Shown: positions 27,638-38,016 of the stretch, in pieces
Numbering within the stretch: position 1 is the stretch's first letter
Layout: the number at the start of each line of letters is the position of its first letter
Origin: Bdellovibrionota bacterium
GTDB taxonomy: Bacteria; Bdellovibrionota_C; UBA2361
Direction: 5' to 3'
DNA: 43,122 bases
Assembly (NCBI GenBank): GCA_044352465.1
Contig: JBILDU010000011.1
Span: forward strand, 1 to 43,122
The notes under the pieces: generated by a model
The model's database searches: none
What the model saw: the letters and a program-made list of their open reading frames with translations, nothing else
Told to the model about the DNA's origin: nothing
Translations under genes and position numbers: made by a program

Positions 27638-29232
27638 GCTTCAAGTATCGCATCTATCTCGGCTCCGAGACTATCATCATCTGTCATGGCAATTCGGCGG
27701 GCCTCTTCGGAGACTACGACCACCGGCAGATTGAGCGGCCGGATCGCAGCGAGTCTCCACAAACGCCAGATGAGATCGCCATCTAAAACAGACTCACTCT
27801 CTAAGAGGAGCGCCCCGTCAAAGGTCTCGATTTGCCGGCCGAGCCGCATACCCGGGAGTAGGTCGACGAGCGCCACCTGCCGCTCGCCTGCAGCGAGCAC
27901 CATATCCCGCCATGCCCGCGCCCGACTGAGAAGCTGCGTATCATGGCGGAGCTCTTTCGGTACGAGGAAGCCTCGCGGACATTCCGACACCGCCGCTGCA
28001 ACCAGATGAACGAGCGCCGCCGCAATCACCGGGGGCAGATCGCGCACCGTTCCCTCCTGGAGCCTACTTAAAAGCCCGTACGCTCCCCATGGATTCCACC
28101 ACCCCCCGAGGAAGCATACCCGCCCGAGGAGCTCGGACCCATAAATGAGCGTCGCCAACCGCATCGCCGCAGGGTCAGCCTCATGCGGCCGACGCCGCGC
28201 GATAATATCACCAAAACACCGGATCATCGACGCGACATCTTGGCGCCCTAAATCTTCCGCGATCCGCGTTCCGCTTTCCTCAAGTCCTCGCACCAATTTG
28301 GTGCGAAGCTCGTGATGACGCTGTCTCCGGTAGTCACCTCGCAGGACGTCGGGGTCCTTGGCAGCGAAGCCGAGTCCGTAAAAAAGTGCCCCGAGCGTGC
28401 CGGAGCGTTGCTCCTCTCGGGTGCACCGCAGCGCCTTACTGAGGGAGCCGACGAGCGCAACGGTCCGTAGCACCTGTCGGCGCCCTAACCGATCAAGCTG
28501 ATTAAGAAAAAGACGCCCCCGTTCAAGCTCCGCCTCTCCCAGCTGACAGATGCCACCGTCGCACATCTCCCGCAGGGTATATGGCCTCGTGACCACCGAG
28601 GTATCGAGCCGCTGAAAGTCGAGATTCGCTCCCGTGACTGCACCAAAAACTTCACCAAATCGGGGCCCAGACTCGTCTGCTAAGCTGACCGCGGTTAAAC
28701 CGTTGGTGAGGCGACCGCTCAATCCCTCCGCCGATTGAGTCGGTTCGTTCCCGTCCTCTGGAGCGACCATCCTTGCGTTCTCTCCGAGACGCACCCGACA
28801 ACGCTCAACCGCATCGAGCCGATGAAAGACATCCTCGACGTTACACGGGGGCGCGACCGTCAGAGCGATGGAGAAAAAGCGACATAGCACTTTGTGAACG
28901 GGGCGGGGGTCCGCCGTCGCCATAATGATCGGACAGTTTAGAAAGCGCCGATGCTCGATCAGCGTCTTCAAAATCCGTTCGACAACCGACGGGTCCGCAC
29001 CAGCATCGATCAGCAGGGTTGGGTCCTCGAACTGCGCCCACCCGGGGAGCGCTTCGGAGAGGTGTTCGAGCGAGGTCACCCGAAACCCTCGGTCGGTCAG
29101 CCGATCGACGAGATCCGCAGGTAGGAGATCTCCGAGACGCAAGAGAACGACATTGGAGGTACGGGGCATACGCATCCAGAAAAAGGTATCTCCGTCTCGG
29201 TCGGTGAAAGATCCCGCCCCCTTAACGATCAA
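27565..29232 (-). CDS. Degenerate receiver + HD/HD-GYP-like signalling protein; start uncertain
   Basis: N-terminal REC-like pattern (PTLLIDAG, CPIIMAT, APP); helical HD-like core lacking His-Asp (ALFYGLG); C-terminal LVDLLPGMRLGRQIETFDGALLL motif of the type seen in HD-GYP-associated regulators. Confidence 0.55.
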   Translation of the reverse strand: MIVKGAGSFTDRDGDTFFWMRMPRTSNVVLLRLGDLLPADLVDRLTDRGFRVTSLEHLSEALPGWAQFEDPTLLIDAGADPSVVERILKTLIEHRRFLNCPIIMATADPRPVHKVLCRFFSIALTVAPPCNVEDVFHRLDAVERCRVRLGENARMVAPEDGNEPTQSAEGLSGRLTNGLTAVSLADESGPRFGEVFGAVTGANLDFQRLDTSVVTRPYTLREMCDGGICQLGEAELERGRLFLNQLDRLGRRQVLRTVALVGSLSKALRCTREEQRSGTLGALFYGLGFAAKDPDVLRGDYRRQRHHELRTKLVRGLEESGTRIAEDLGRQDVASMIRCFGDIIARRRPHEADPAAMRLATLIYGSELLGRVCFLGGWWNPWGAYGLLSRLQEGTVRDLPPVIAAALVHLVAAAVSECPRGFLVPKELRHDTQLLSRARAWRDMVLAAGERQVALVDLLPGMRLGRQIETFDGALLLESESVLDGDLIWRLWRLAAIRPLNLPVVVVSEEARRIAMTDDDSLGAEIDAILEACRDAEPFLIDLGQSEENQPSPLP

Positions 29233-29402
29233 CCGTCCTCTTCCGTGTGGGCATCATAAAATCGTGAACATACCTAAGGGATTTCGGGAGTGGTCATTAC
29301 GAAAAAAGCGGAGTGACGGGCGCATCTCCGCGCCCTCGTTGAGATACCTTTCGGCACCATCTTTTCTATTTTATCATCCCCAGACTTTCCGCGGAGGGAT
29401 AC

Positions 29403-30914
29403 ATGCAGGCATCGGTTAAAGTCACACTCATCAAAGGTTCATTCGAAACGGTAAAGAGCGAGCTCCTCGCCCTTCCGCTCACCGCTCAAGAGGCCCGCGC
29501 CAAGCAGGGTATCCTCCCAACCCTGAATCGAATGCTTGCAGGCATCGTTACCGAGGCGCTCCGAAGGGGGGACTTTAAAGGTAAAGATAAGGATGCCGTG
29601 CTCCTGCCGATCTTTACTGATTTTGCCCACAAGAATCTCCTGTTGCTCGGCTTCGAAGGAGGTAACGGCTCAACCTTTGCTCAGGTCAACGCGTATCGTA
29701 AGCTCGGTAGCTCGCTATTCCGCCACGCTCAACGAGGTGGTGTTACCAAGATTACCCTCGCTGCGGAGCCCCTCGATCTCCAACACGAGGCTTTTCTGGA
29801 AGCATTAGTCGAGGGCTTCGTGCTCGCGGGCTACACCTTCAATTACTACAAATCGAAACGCCCGAGCGACCCGAAGAGCTATACCCTCACGATCGTCTCC
29901 GCGCGAAATCTCTCCCGAACAGCGGTCGATACCGCATTGCGGATGTCGATGGGTGCCATGCTGGCGCGCGATCTTATCAACACCCCCCCGCGGGATTGTA
30001 CGCCGCGGTATCTGGTCGCACAGTCTCGTGCGGTGGCAAAAAAAGGGGGGCTCCGAATCGAGGTCTTCGATCGAAAGCGGCTCAAAAAACTCGGTGCCAA
30101 CGCGCTCCTTGCGGTCTCACAGGGCAGTGAGGAACCTCCGTTTCTCATCAAGATGACCTATCGTCCACGCAGCAAGGCCAAACGGATTATCAGCCTTATC
30201 GGCAAGGGCATTACGTTCGACAGCGGCGGCCTGAGTATTAAAACCGGGTCGGGCATGGAAACGATGAAGTACGACATGTCAGGCGCCGCTGCGGTCATCG
30301 GCGCGATGCACACTATCGCCGCATTGAAGCCCAGCGTTGAGGTCCGTGCTTACATTCCTACGACCGAGAATATGATTAATGGACGCGCCACTCGACCGGG
30401 CGACGTCGTCACCGCAGTCAACGGCAAAACTATTGAGATCCTCAACACCGACGCCGAGGGGCGCCTCATTCTGGCTGACGCATTAAGCCTCGCGGAGCGG
30501 GACGGATGTGATGTGATGGTCGATCTAGCGACCCTCACCGGAGCGTGCGTTGTGGCGCTTGGAACTCACTACGCGGGCCTTTTTACCGACGACGACGAAC
30601 TCGCCACAGCGCTTCAAAAGGCCGGAGATCTTTCCGGCGAGCAACTCTGGCGGCTCCCCTTAGCGCCTGAATACCGCGACCTCATCAAAAGCCCCATCGC
30701 CGATATAAAAAATACCGGGGGACGATGGGGTGGGGCGATCACCGCGGCACTCTTTCTCAAGGAATTCGTCGCTACAACACCATGGGCGCACCTTGATATC
30801 GCTGGTCCAGCTTTCGCCGAAGGTGAAGAGCATCACGTGAAACGGGGCGGCGTGGGCTTCGCCGTACGCACCCTCGCGCGTTTCGTCGGAGCCCTTGAGA
30901 CCCGGCGGCGATAG
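29403..30914 (+). CDS. pepA: Leucyl aminopeptidase (M17)
   Basis: GKGITFDSGG, MKYDMSGAA, NTDAEGRL, DLATLTGA and WAHLDIAG; GGAGG SD. Confidence 0.96.
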   Translation: MQASVKVTLIKGSFETVKSELLALPLTAQEARAKQGILPTLNRMLAGIVTEALRRGDFKGKDKDAVLLPIFTDFAHKNLLLLGFEGGNGSTFAQVNAYRKLGSSLFRHAQRGGVTKITLAAEPLDLQHEAFLEALVEGFVLAGYTFNYYKSKRPSDPKSYTLTIVSARNLSRTAVDTALRMSMGAMLARDLINTPPRDCTPRYLVAQSRAVAKKGGLRIEVFDRKRLKKLGANALLAVSQGSEEPPFLIKMTYRPRSKAKRIISLIGKGITFDSGGLSIKTGSGMETMKYDMSGAAAVIGAMHTIAALKPSVEVRAYIPTTENMINGRATRPGDVVTAVNGKTIEILNTDAEGRLILADALSLAERDGCDVMVDLATLTGACVVALGTHYAGLFTDDDELATALQKAGDLSGEQLWRLPLAPEYRDLIKSPIADIKNTGGRWGGAITAALFLKEFVATTPWAHLDIAGPAFAEGEEHHVKRGGVGFAVRTLARFVGALETRRR

Positions 30915-31311
30915 ATTTTTACCCGTAATCGCCGGCGACCCCTTACAGCTCTCTGGCCTCATCGGCACCGCGGCGGGACGTTGAAGCGCGCGGCATGCAG
31001 CCGTGTTTTCAGAGGCTCCCCGGTTCGCCAAGATCGGCCTTACCACCTGAATCGGCTCAGGAAAATAGGGGTGTTTTCAACGCTTCGTACCTTGTAAATA
31101 CACCCCTAAGAAGGTAGCTTTTAGGGAGGTCATCTCTCCGCTTAACGCTGAAGCGACACCGCAATTGAGCAGTCTGCGTGAAGCCTCGTGTGAGCTTGGA
31201 GTGGGGGAAAAAAAGTGCCCACAGGCGCACTTTTAACAGCCCTGCCAAGAGCTCTCGCCGAGCCTCGCGAAATACTCAACGGATAAGACCGTATTGTGTA
31301 CCTGACGCTAA

Positions 31312-31358
31312 TATATTTTAGACCGCTATATTTAAGACCGTCATATATCTGAAACCGT
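31312..31358. repeat. 3 x 15-bp AT-rich imperfect repeats abutting the gyrA start codon
   Basis: TATATTTTAGACCGC / TATATTTAAGACCGT / (CA)TATATCTGAAACCGT then ATG; an extra TAAGACCGT lies at 31284-31292. Confidence 0.8.
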
Positions 31359-33854
31359 ATGGATACCGCGATTATCACCCCGGTTAATATTGAAGAAGAG
31401 ATGCGCCAGTCCTACATGGACTACGCGATGAGCGTCATTATCGGTCGCGCGCTACCCGACGTTCGTGACGGGCTAAAGCCAGTACAACGGCGGGTGCTCT
31501 ACGCGATGATGGGGGAGGGCCTCGTCTCAAATAAAAAGCACTCGAAGTGCGCCGGTGTGGTCGGTGAAGTACTCAAGCGACTTCATCCCCACGGCGACTC
31601 CTCGGTGTACGAAGCGCTTGTCCGACTCGCGCAACCGTGGAACTTGCGCTACCCACTCGTTGATGGACAGGGAAATTTCGGCTCCGTCGACGGCGACCCC
31701 GCAGCGGCATATCGATACACCGAGTGCCGGATGACAGCGCTCGCCGAAAAGATGTTGGAGGATCTCGACCGCGATACGGCCGACTTTATCCCCAATTTCG
31801 ATGATTCGAATATCGAGCCAACGGTCCTGCCGGCGGCCCTTCCTAATCTGCTCATCAACGGCGCCGACGGCATCGCTGTTGGTATGGCGACCCACATCCC
31901 GCCACATAATCTCGGCGAGGTCGTTGGTGCCACGATCGCGCTCATCGAGAATCCGCAGATATCCCTCGGCGAACTGATGCAACACGTCCCCGGCCCCGAT
32001 TTTCCAACCGGTGGTATCATTTACGGGCGTGGCCCCATCGTCAGCGCATACGCCGATGGCAAAGGGGTTCTCCAGGTACGCGCAAAGGCCACGATCGAAT
32101 CAACGACCGTGAAGTCCCGCGAAGTTCAGTCGATCGTGGTAACCGAGATCCCGTTTCAGGTGAACAAAGCCCGTCTTATCGAAAAGATCGCTGACCTCGT
32201 TAACGAAAAGCAAATCGAGGGCATCGCCCGACTCCGCGACGAGTCGGATCGAAGCGGAATGCGGATCGTCATTGAGCTTAAACGTGACGCCACCGCCGAA
32301 GTCGTCCTGAATCAACTCTTTAAACTCACCCCGATGCAGACGAGTTTCGGGGTTATCAATCTCGCAATCGTCGACGGGAAACCGGTCATCTGCTCGCTCG
32401 TTGAGCTCCTCACCCACTTCGTTAACCATCGACGTGACGTCGTCACGCGGCGGACCCAGTTCGATCTTAAGAAGGCCCAAGAGCGGATGCACCTCTTGGA
32501 GGGCTTTAAGATAGCGTTACTGAACCTCGACGAGGTCATACAGCTCATCAAGACCTCGCCAACCCCCAAGGATGCTCGGGAAGGACTCCAAGCAAAGTAC
32601 GCCCTGAGCGAACTCCAGGCCCAAGCCATCCTCGACCTCCGACTCCAAAAACTTACCGGCATGGAGCGGCTCGCCATCGAGCAAGAGCACGCCGAGCTCG
32701 CAAAAGAGATCGAGCGTCTCTTGGGAATACTCTCCGATAGCCGCCGAATCGATGAGGTCATCTGCACCGAACTGCGCGCGGTTAAAGAAACTTTCACCGA
32801 TGCTCGACGAACGGAGATCCTCGACGACGGCGGCGCAATCGCCCTTGAGGACCTCATCGAAGACGAAGAGATGGTCGTTTCCGTTAGTCATAAAGGGTAC
32901 ATTAAACGCACTGCGGTCTCTGAGTATCGAGCTCAGAAACGGGGCGGCAAAGGCATCGCCGGCGCCTCAGGATCCGACGACGGAGACTTCATCGAACACC
33001 TCTTTGTGGCCTCGACTCTCGCGGATCTGCTTGTCTTTACGACCCTCGGGAGACTCTATTGGCTGAAGGTATACGAGACCCCCGAGGCAGGACGCACGGC
33101 GAAAGGGCGCGCGCTGGTGAACCTCTTACAGCTAAAGTCTGAGGAAACTATCACCGCGATCCTCCCCGTACGGGAATTCGCCGCTGATAAACACATCGTT
33201 ATGTGTACCCGTGAAGGCGTGATTAAAAAGATCGAACTCATGGAGTTTCAGCGCTCGCGGCGAAGCGGTGTGGTCGCCTGCACCCTGAAGGAAAACGATC
33301 TTCTGGTGAGCGTCAGTCTGGTCAGCGTACACGAAGACGTCATCGTTGCCACCAAAGAGGGAATGGCGATCCGTTTCAACGAAGACGATGTGCGCGCAAT
33401 GGGTCGGGCAGCGGCCGGCGTTCGGGCAATTAAGCTCGAAGAAAAAGATGCCGTTGTCGGGATGGCGATCGTTCCAACCGGCCCTGAGGTAGAAGACGAA
33501 GCAGCCCCGGTGGAAACGACCGAAGATACGACGACCTTACTCACGGTTTGCGAGAACGGCTACGGCAAGAGAACCCCGATCGGAAACTACCGCAAACAAC
33601 AACGCGGCGGTAAAGGACTGATCGATATCCAGACGGACGAGCGTAACGGCCCGGCGATCGGCGCTTGCGTTGTCACCGCGGTAAGTCAGCTCATGTTGAT
33701 TACCTCAGCCGGCCAGATTATCCGCTTCAAGGCTGGCGACGTGTCGGTGGTTGGCCGAAATACGAAAGGGGTGAAGCTCATCGACCTCACCGAGAACGAG
33801 AAGGTCGTGGCGGTAGCTCCGCTGGTCGAAAGCGAGAGCGAGGCGAACGAGTAA
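31359..33854 (+). CDS. gyrA: DNA gyrase subunit A
   Basis: [34 protein letters not shown] (catalytic Tyr), GyrA-box QKRGGKG and beta-pinwheel repeats. Confidence 0.98.
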   Translation: MDTAIITPVNIEEEMRQSYMDYAMSVIIGRALPDVRDGLKPVQRRVLYAMMGEGLVSNKKHSKCAGVVGEVLKRLHPHGDSSVYEALVRLAQPWNLRYPLVDGQGNFGSVDGDPAAAYRYTECRMTALAEKMLEDLDRDTADFIPNFDDSNIEPTVLPAALPNLLINGADGIAVGMATHIPPHNLGEVVGATIALIENPQISLGELMQHVPGPDFPTGGIIYGRGPIVSAYADGKGVLQVRAKATIESTTVKSREVQSIVVTEIPFQVNKARLIEKIADLVNEKQIEGIARLRDESDRSGMRIVIELKRDATAEVVLNQLFKLTPMQTSFGVINLAIVDGKPVICSLVELLTHFVNHRRDVVTRRTQFDLKKAQERMHLLEGFKIALLNLDEVIQLIKTSPTPKDAREGLQAKYALSELQAQAILDLRLQKLTGMERLAIEQEHAELAKEIERLLGILSDSRRIDEVICTELRAVKETFTDARRTEILDDGGAIALEDLIEDEEMVVSVSHKGYIKRTAVSEYRAQKRGGKGIAGASGSDDGDFIEHLFVASTLADLLVFTTLGRLYWLKVYETPEAGRTAKGRALVNLLQLKSEETITAILPVREFAADKHIVMCTREGVIKKIELMEFQRSRRSGVVACTLKENDLLVSVSLVSVHEDVIVATKEGMAIRFNEDDVRAMGRAAAGVRAIKLEEKDAVVGMAIVPTGPEVEDEAAPVETTEDTTTLLTVCENGYGKRTPIGNYRKQQRGGKGLIDIQTDERNGPAIGACVVTAVSQLMLITSAGQIIRFKAGDVSVVGRNTKGVKLIDLTENEKVVAVAPLVESESEANE

Positions 33855-33872
33855 CCTTTGCTAGACTCAGCC

Positions 33873-34862
33873 ATGAGCGCGACCATCTCAGTTCTCGGGC
33901 TCGGCAACTGGGGTACCGCCTTAGCTAACCACCTCGCCCTCAAGGGGCTGGAGGTACTCGGGTGGTCGCGCGAACCGGACGTGGTTGCAAGTATTAATAA
34001 CGTTGGACGGAATGCCCGATTCCTCGCGGATATCAACCTCTCGCCCCGACTAAAAGCGACTGAGGATCTCAGTGCGGCACTCCAGCCCCCAACGATCATC
34101 GTTGCTGTGCCCTCCGGTGCTCTTACCTCACTCACCCCCCAACTTCTGGCAACGCCCCACACCCTTATCGTCAGCGCGGTCAAAGGGGTCGAGGAGGGGA
34201 GTCTTGCAACCCCGCTGAGCCATATCGAATCGACGCACCCCCGTCGATATCGGCTCGCCGTCCTCTCCGGCCCAAGCTTCGCCCGCGACGTCATCGCGCA
34301 GCGACCGTGTGGGGTCGTGGCCGCCTCCCGTGACGAGTCGGTGGCCCATGAGGTAGCCACCCTTTTCTCAAGCGAATCGATGAAGGTCTATGTTTCCACC
34401 GATCCGCTTGGGGTCGAGATCGGTGGAATCACCAAAAACGTTATCGCCCTCGCCGTGGGCGTATCTGATGGCCTTGGGCTCGGTGACTCTGCCCGAGCAG
34501 GACTCATCACCCGCGGACTTGCAGAGATGATGCGGCTCGCCGACGCAATGGGTGCCGATCGGCAAACGCTGGCAGGGCTCTCCGGCCTCGGCGACCTCGC
34601 GATGACGGCATCGTGCGACAACAGTCGTAACCGGACGGTCGGCCTCCGCCTCGGTCGGGGCGAGAAACTTAGTGAAATTGTGGCCTCACTTGGCTCAGTA
34701 GCCGAGGGAGTAAGCTCGACACCGCTGGTTATAAAACTCGCGGACCAGTATGCCGTTGAAATGCCGATTACCGCCCACGTAGCGAAACTGCTTGGTGGCG
34801 AAATGAGCCCCCTCGATCTCGTTCGCTCGCTGATCGCCCGCCCCGTTCGGCGAGAATTCTGA
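33873..34862 (+). CDS. gpsA: NAD(P)H-dependent glycerol-3-phosphate dehydrogenase
   Basis: GLGNWGTALA, LSGPSFA, GVEIGGITKNVIALA, GLSGLGDL and SRNRTVG; ATG at 33873. Confidence 0.96.
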   Translation: MSATISVLGLGNWGTALANHLALKGLEVLGWSREPDVVASINNVGRNARFLADINLSPRLKATEDLSAALQPPTIIVAVPSGALTSLTPQLLATPHTLIVSAVKGVEEGSLATPLSHIESTHPRRYRLAVLSGPSFARDVIAQRPCGVVAASRDESVAHEVATLFSSESMKVYVSTDPLGVEIGGITKNVIALAVGVSDGLGLGDSARAGLITRGLAEMMRLADAMGADRQTLAGLSGLGDLAMTASCDNSRNRTVGLRLGRGEKLSEIVASLGSVAEGVSSTPLVIKLADQYAVEMPITAHVAKLLGGEMSPLDLVRSLIARPVRREF

Positions 34863-34966
34863 CGAACCGTTCCAGTACTCCCGCCCCCGGACGTACTGTC
34901 TGATGAAAAAAATCTCTTATCGGAGAAGTTCCCCAGAGAGCCTGTTCCTCAGATCGGCTATGCGGC

Positions 34967-36400
34967 CTAGCCCTGACGCTCCAGCGCCACCGCTCCGAGG
35001 CCGTACTCCTTCAGCTTATAGAGAAGTGCGCGGTGACTGATCTCGAGGATCTTCGCTGCATGAGTCCGATTGCCCCGCGTCTTTTTGAGCGCTCGGGTGA
35101 TAAGATCAATTTCGAGTACACGGGTGCGTTCCTTGATCGAGAGATTGCTCTCATCGAATGGGGGCAGCGGGGACTCTGCGAGGCCCGCAGCGCCACTTTC
35201 GCGAACTTGGGGCGCAAGCGACTCGACATCGATACCATCGGAGTCGGTTAAAACGAGCGCCCGCTCGATACAGTTTTCCAGCTCCCGCACATTTCCCCGC
35301 CACGGCGCACTCACCAGACACCGCATCGCTTCAGGGTATATCTTCGATATAGCAAGGCCGAGCCGTTTATTATGCTTGGCCATAAAGTGATCAACCAGCA
35401 CCGGGATGTCCTCGGGGCGCTCACGAAGCGGCGGAATATGAATTGAGACGACATGGAGACGATAGAAAAGATCGTCTCGAAACCGTCCTTGCGCCACGTC
35501 ATCTTCAAGATTTCGGAGCGTTGCGGCGATGACCCGAACGTCGAGAGCTATCGGCTGCTCGTCCCCGACCCGCCGAATCTCCTGCTCCTGTAACGTTCGT
35601 AGAAGCTTCACCTGCAAGTGGATCGGTAACTCTCCGATCTCATCAAGGAAGATCGTGCCTCCATTCGCCTCCTCGAAGAGTCCCTTCTTATCTCTCGTTG
35701 CATCGGTGAACGAGCCTTTTTTGTGACCGAAGAGCTCCGACTCGATGAGGTTCTCCGGAATAGCGCCGCAGTTGATCGCCACAAACGGCTTGCCCCGCCG
35801 CGGCGAATTGTGGTGAATCGCTTTCGCCAACAGCTCCTTTCCGGTTCCCGACTCACCGGTAATCAGCACGGTGGTTGAGAAATTAGCGAGACGTTTCACC
35901 GTCTCAAAGATATTCTTCATCGCCTCACTTTCAGCGATGATGTTCGAAAAGTTGTACCGCTGCGTGATAGCTGACTTTAAGGCGGCATTTTCAGCGCGAA
36001 GCTTCTCTCGCTCCTCGATTTTTCGCAGCGTTAATATAAGCTCCTCAGGTTCGAAGGGCTTCGACATGTAATCGTACGCACCGGCCCGTAAGGCTTCGAC
36101 GGCCAATTCGGTATTCCCGAATCCGGTCATCAAGACAACGGCGGTATCGGGAGATACCTCTTTACAACGACGGATGAACTCCAGCCCATCGATCTTGGGC
36201 ATACGCAGGTCACATAAAACGATCGTGTACGGCTCCTCTTTGAGGAGGGCGAGCGCTGAGAGACCATCACCGATCGGCCGTACCGAATACCCGGCGACCT
36301 CCAGGGTAGCCACAATAGACTCGCGCAGACTTTCATCATCATCGATGACAAGTACCGACAGTCCGCTGAGGTTTTCGTGTCGAGCCGGGGCAACAGGCAT
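34967..36400 (-). CDS. Sigma54-dependent response regulator (NtrC/AtoC/PilR-like)
   Basis: REC (IDDD, LCDLRMP, MTG, KP); GESGTGKE, INCGAIPENLIESELFGH, GSFTDA, FLDEIG and WRGNVREL; Fis HTH. Confidence 0.95.
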   Translation of the reverse strand: MPVAPARHENLSGLSVLVIDDDESLRESIVATLEVAGYSVRPIGDGLSALALLKEEPYTIVLCDLRMPKIDGLEFIRRCKEVSPDTAVVLMTGFGNTELAVEALRAGAYDYMSKPFEPEELILTLRKIEEREKLRAENAALKSAITQRYNFSNIIAESEAMKNIFETVKRLANFSTTVLITGESGTGKELLAKAIHHNSPRRGKPFVAINCGAIPENLIESELFGHKKGSFTDATRDKKGLFEEANGGTIFLDEIGELPIHLQVKLLRTLQEQEIRRVGDEQPIALDVRVIAATLRNLEDDVAQGRFRDDLFYRLHVVSIHIPPLRERPEDIPVLVDHFMAKHNKRLGLAISKIYPEAMRCLVSAPWRGNVRELENCIERALVLTDSDGIDVESLAPQVRESGAAGLAESPLPPFDESNLSIKERTRVLEIDLITRALKKTRGNRTHAAKILEISHRALLYKLKEYGLGAVALERQG

Positions 36401-36409
36401 AAATCTTCC

Positions 36410-37306
36410 TTACATGAGTGGGGGAACGACATGCCCGCCATTCAGAAAGCCAAGCGCATCTCCCCCCAGAAAGATATAGAGGTAGGTTGCCAGGGCGAGC
36501 GATGGGCCAAACGGGAGGGGATGGGAGAATCGCCGCCCCCCACACACAACGAAGAGTATCCCGATAACGGCTCCGAGAAGTGAGCCGATGAATATGGTGA
36601 AGAGCGCTCCTGGTGCCCCGAAGACAACCCCGGTCATCGCAAGCAGCTTTACGTCTCCCATCCCGAGCCCCTCTCTTTTGCGCAGCCGCATGTATCCCTC
36701 CGAAACTAGGTAGAGAAAGCCAGCCCCCGCGAGAAGCCCCCACACCGAGTCGAGGAGACCCGGAACGACCGGGTAGCTAAAGATATGGAGATACTGATTC
36801 ACCACGGCGATTCCAACTCCAAGGACCGTTCCCGGCAACGAGATCACGTTGGGAATGATGTAGAAGTCGTAGTCGATAAAACTGATGACGATCAAGGCGC
36901 AACAAAAGATAAAAATGAGCGCTGCAGTAGGGGTCACTCCGAAGATCGTTACTGAGAGGTACGCTGTAAGCCCTCCGAGAAATTCAACCAAGGGATACCG
37001 CGCCGAGATCGGTGCCCGGCAGAATCCGCACCGTCCACGCAAAAAAAGCCAGCTGAGCAACGGGATATTATGCCACCATCGCAGCGTCTGGTTACAGGAC
37101 GGGCAGAAAGAGCGCGGTGGATTATGAATCTGAATAACCTGGTGAGGTGGGCCTTCTGCCAGCGACTCCTCAGGGGGCGCTGAACCATCGATCGGCAGAA
37201 GAAGCTCTGGAAAATCCTCGCGCGACCGAGGAATCCGATAGATGCACACGGAGAGGAAGCTCCCGGTGGCGAGACCGAACAAAGTGGCGAATATAGCACT
37301 CAACAT
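36410..37306 (-). CDS. pilD: Prepilin peptidase / N-methyltransferase (A24)
   Basis: GSFLSVCIYRIP, SFCPSC..WWHNIPLLSW..LRGRCGFC..ISARYPLVE, FIDYD, GMGDVKL and PFGPSL. Confidence 0.95.
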   Translation of the reverse strand: MLSAIFATLFGLATGSFLSVCIYRIPRSREDFPELLLPIDGSAPPEESLAEGPPHQVIQIHNPPRSFCPSCNQTLRWWHNIPLLSWLFLRGRCGFCRAPISARYPLVEFLGGLTAYLSVTIFGVTPTAALIFIFCCALIVISFIDYDFYIIPNVISLPGTVLGVGIAVVNQYLHIFSYPVVPGLLDSVWGLLAGAGFLYLVSEGYMRLRKREGLGMGDVKLLAMTGVVFGAPGALFTIFIGSLLGAVIGILFVVCGGRRFSHPLPFGPSLALATYLYIFLGGDALGFLNGGHVVPPLM

Positions 37307-38016
37307 GAGCTCGGCTTCTCCTTTTTCAAGACCGGGTTACAGCAGAATATGTATTTGATTCGCCGCCCCCGCAGAGCGGTTGATACTTTCTGCATAGCAA
37401 TAAAGTCTTGTTGTATCAACAAATTACATGCCCATGCGGCTTTCAAAGCGCACCGTTCGTGGCCCTGCTTGATCGACCGGGCACTCCGTCTTCTCAATGA
37501 ATGGGCTGAGCTGAATCTCGCTCCAGAGACTCAGGTCCCCATGCGAGCCCTCTTTCGCGCACATACCCCACCGATCGTTCGGCCTCAGTCCCCGATGCAC
37601 TTTCGAGCGCATCGATCCCGGCTCCCCTCACATCTTAGCCATGGGTTTTCGGTCCGCGAGCGGCGCGGGTCACGGTGACCACCCCGACCGTCGGTTTAGC
37701 GGAGAACGGCGGGGTGGTTACCTCGGTTTCCCCCTCATCTTTACGGAAACTCGCCCCCTCCGTAGCGCCCGATCGATGTTTCCCTCAGGCGCGTCAGGCA
37801 AAGCACCATACTCATCATTTTTTGACTGTGATTACCGAGCCCTCTCTTTGACCGCGACACCTCCTACCAGGACTCCGGCCCCCCCGCCAAGCTACGAAGA
37901 GCCCGAAAAATTGTTTTCCAGGGAGATTAATTCCTTGCTTCACTGGTGTTTTTGGTGGTGAACTGACCGGCATAGCGCTTGGGGTTAACCACAGCCGTCC
38001 CGCGGAGAACCGAACC

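Noticed and set aside
31580..31625. gyrA quinolone-resistance substitution
   Set aside because: [10 protein letters not shown] retains Ser at the 83-equivalent and an acidic residue at the 87-equivalent position.
37968..37982. CGGCATAGCGCTTGG as a sigma54 -24/-12 promoter
   Set aside because: The invariant GC at -12 is GG, so the match is not sufficient to call.
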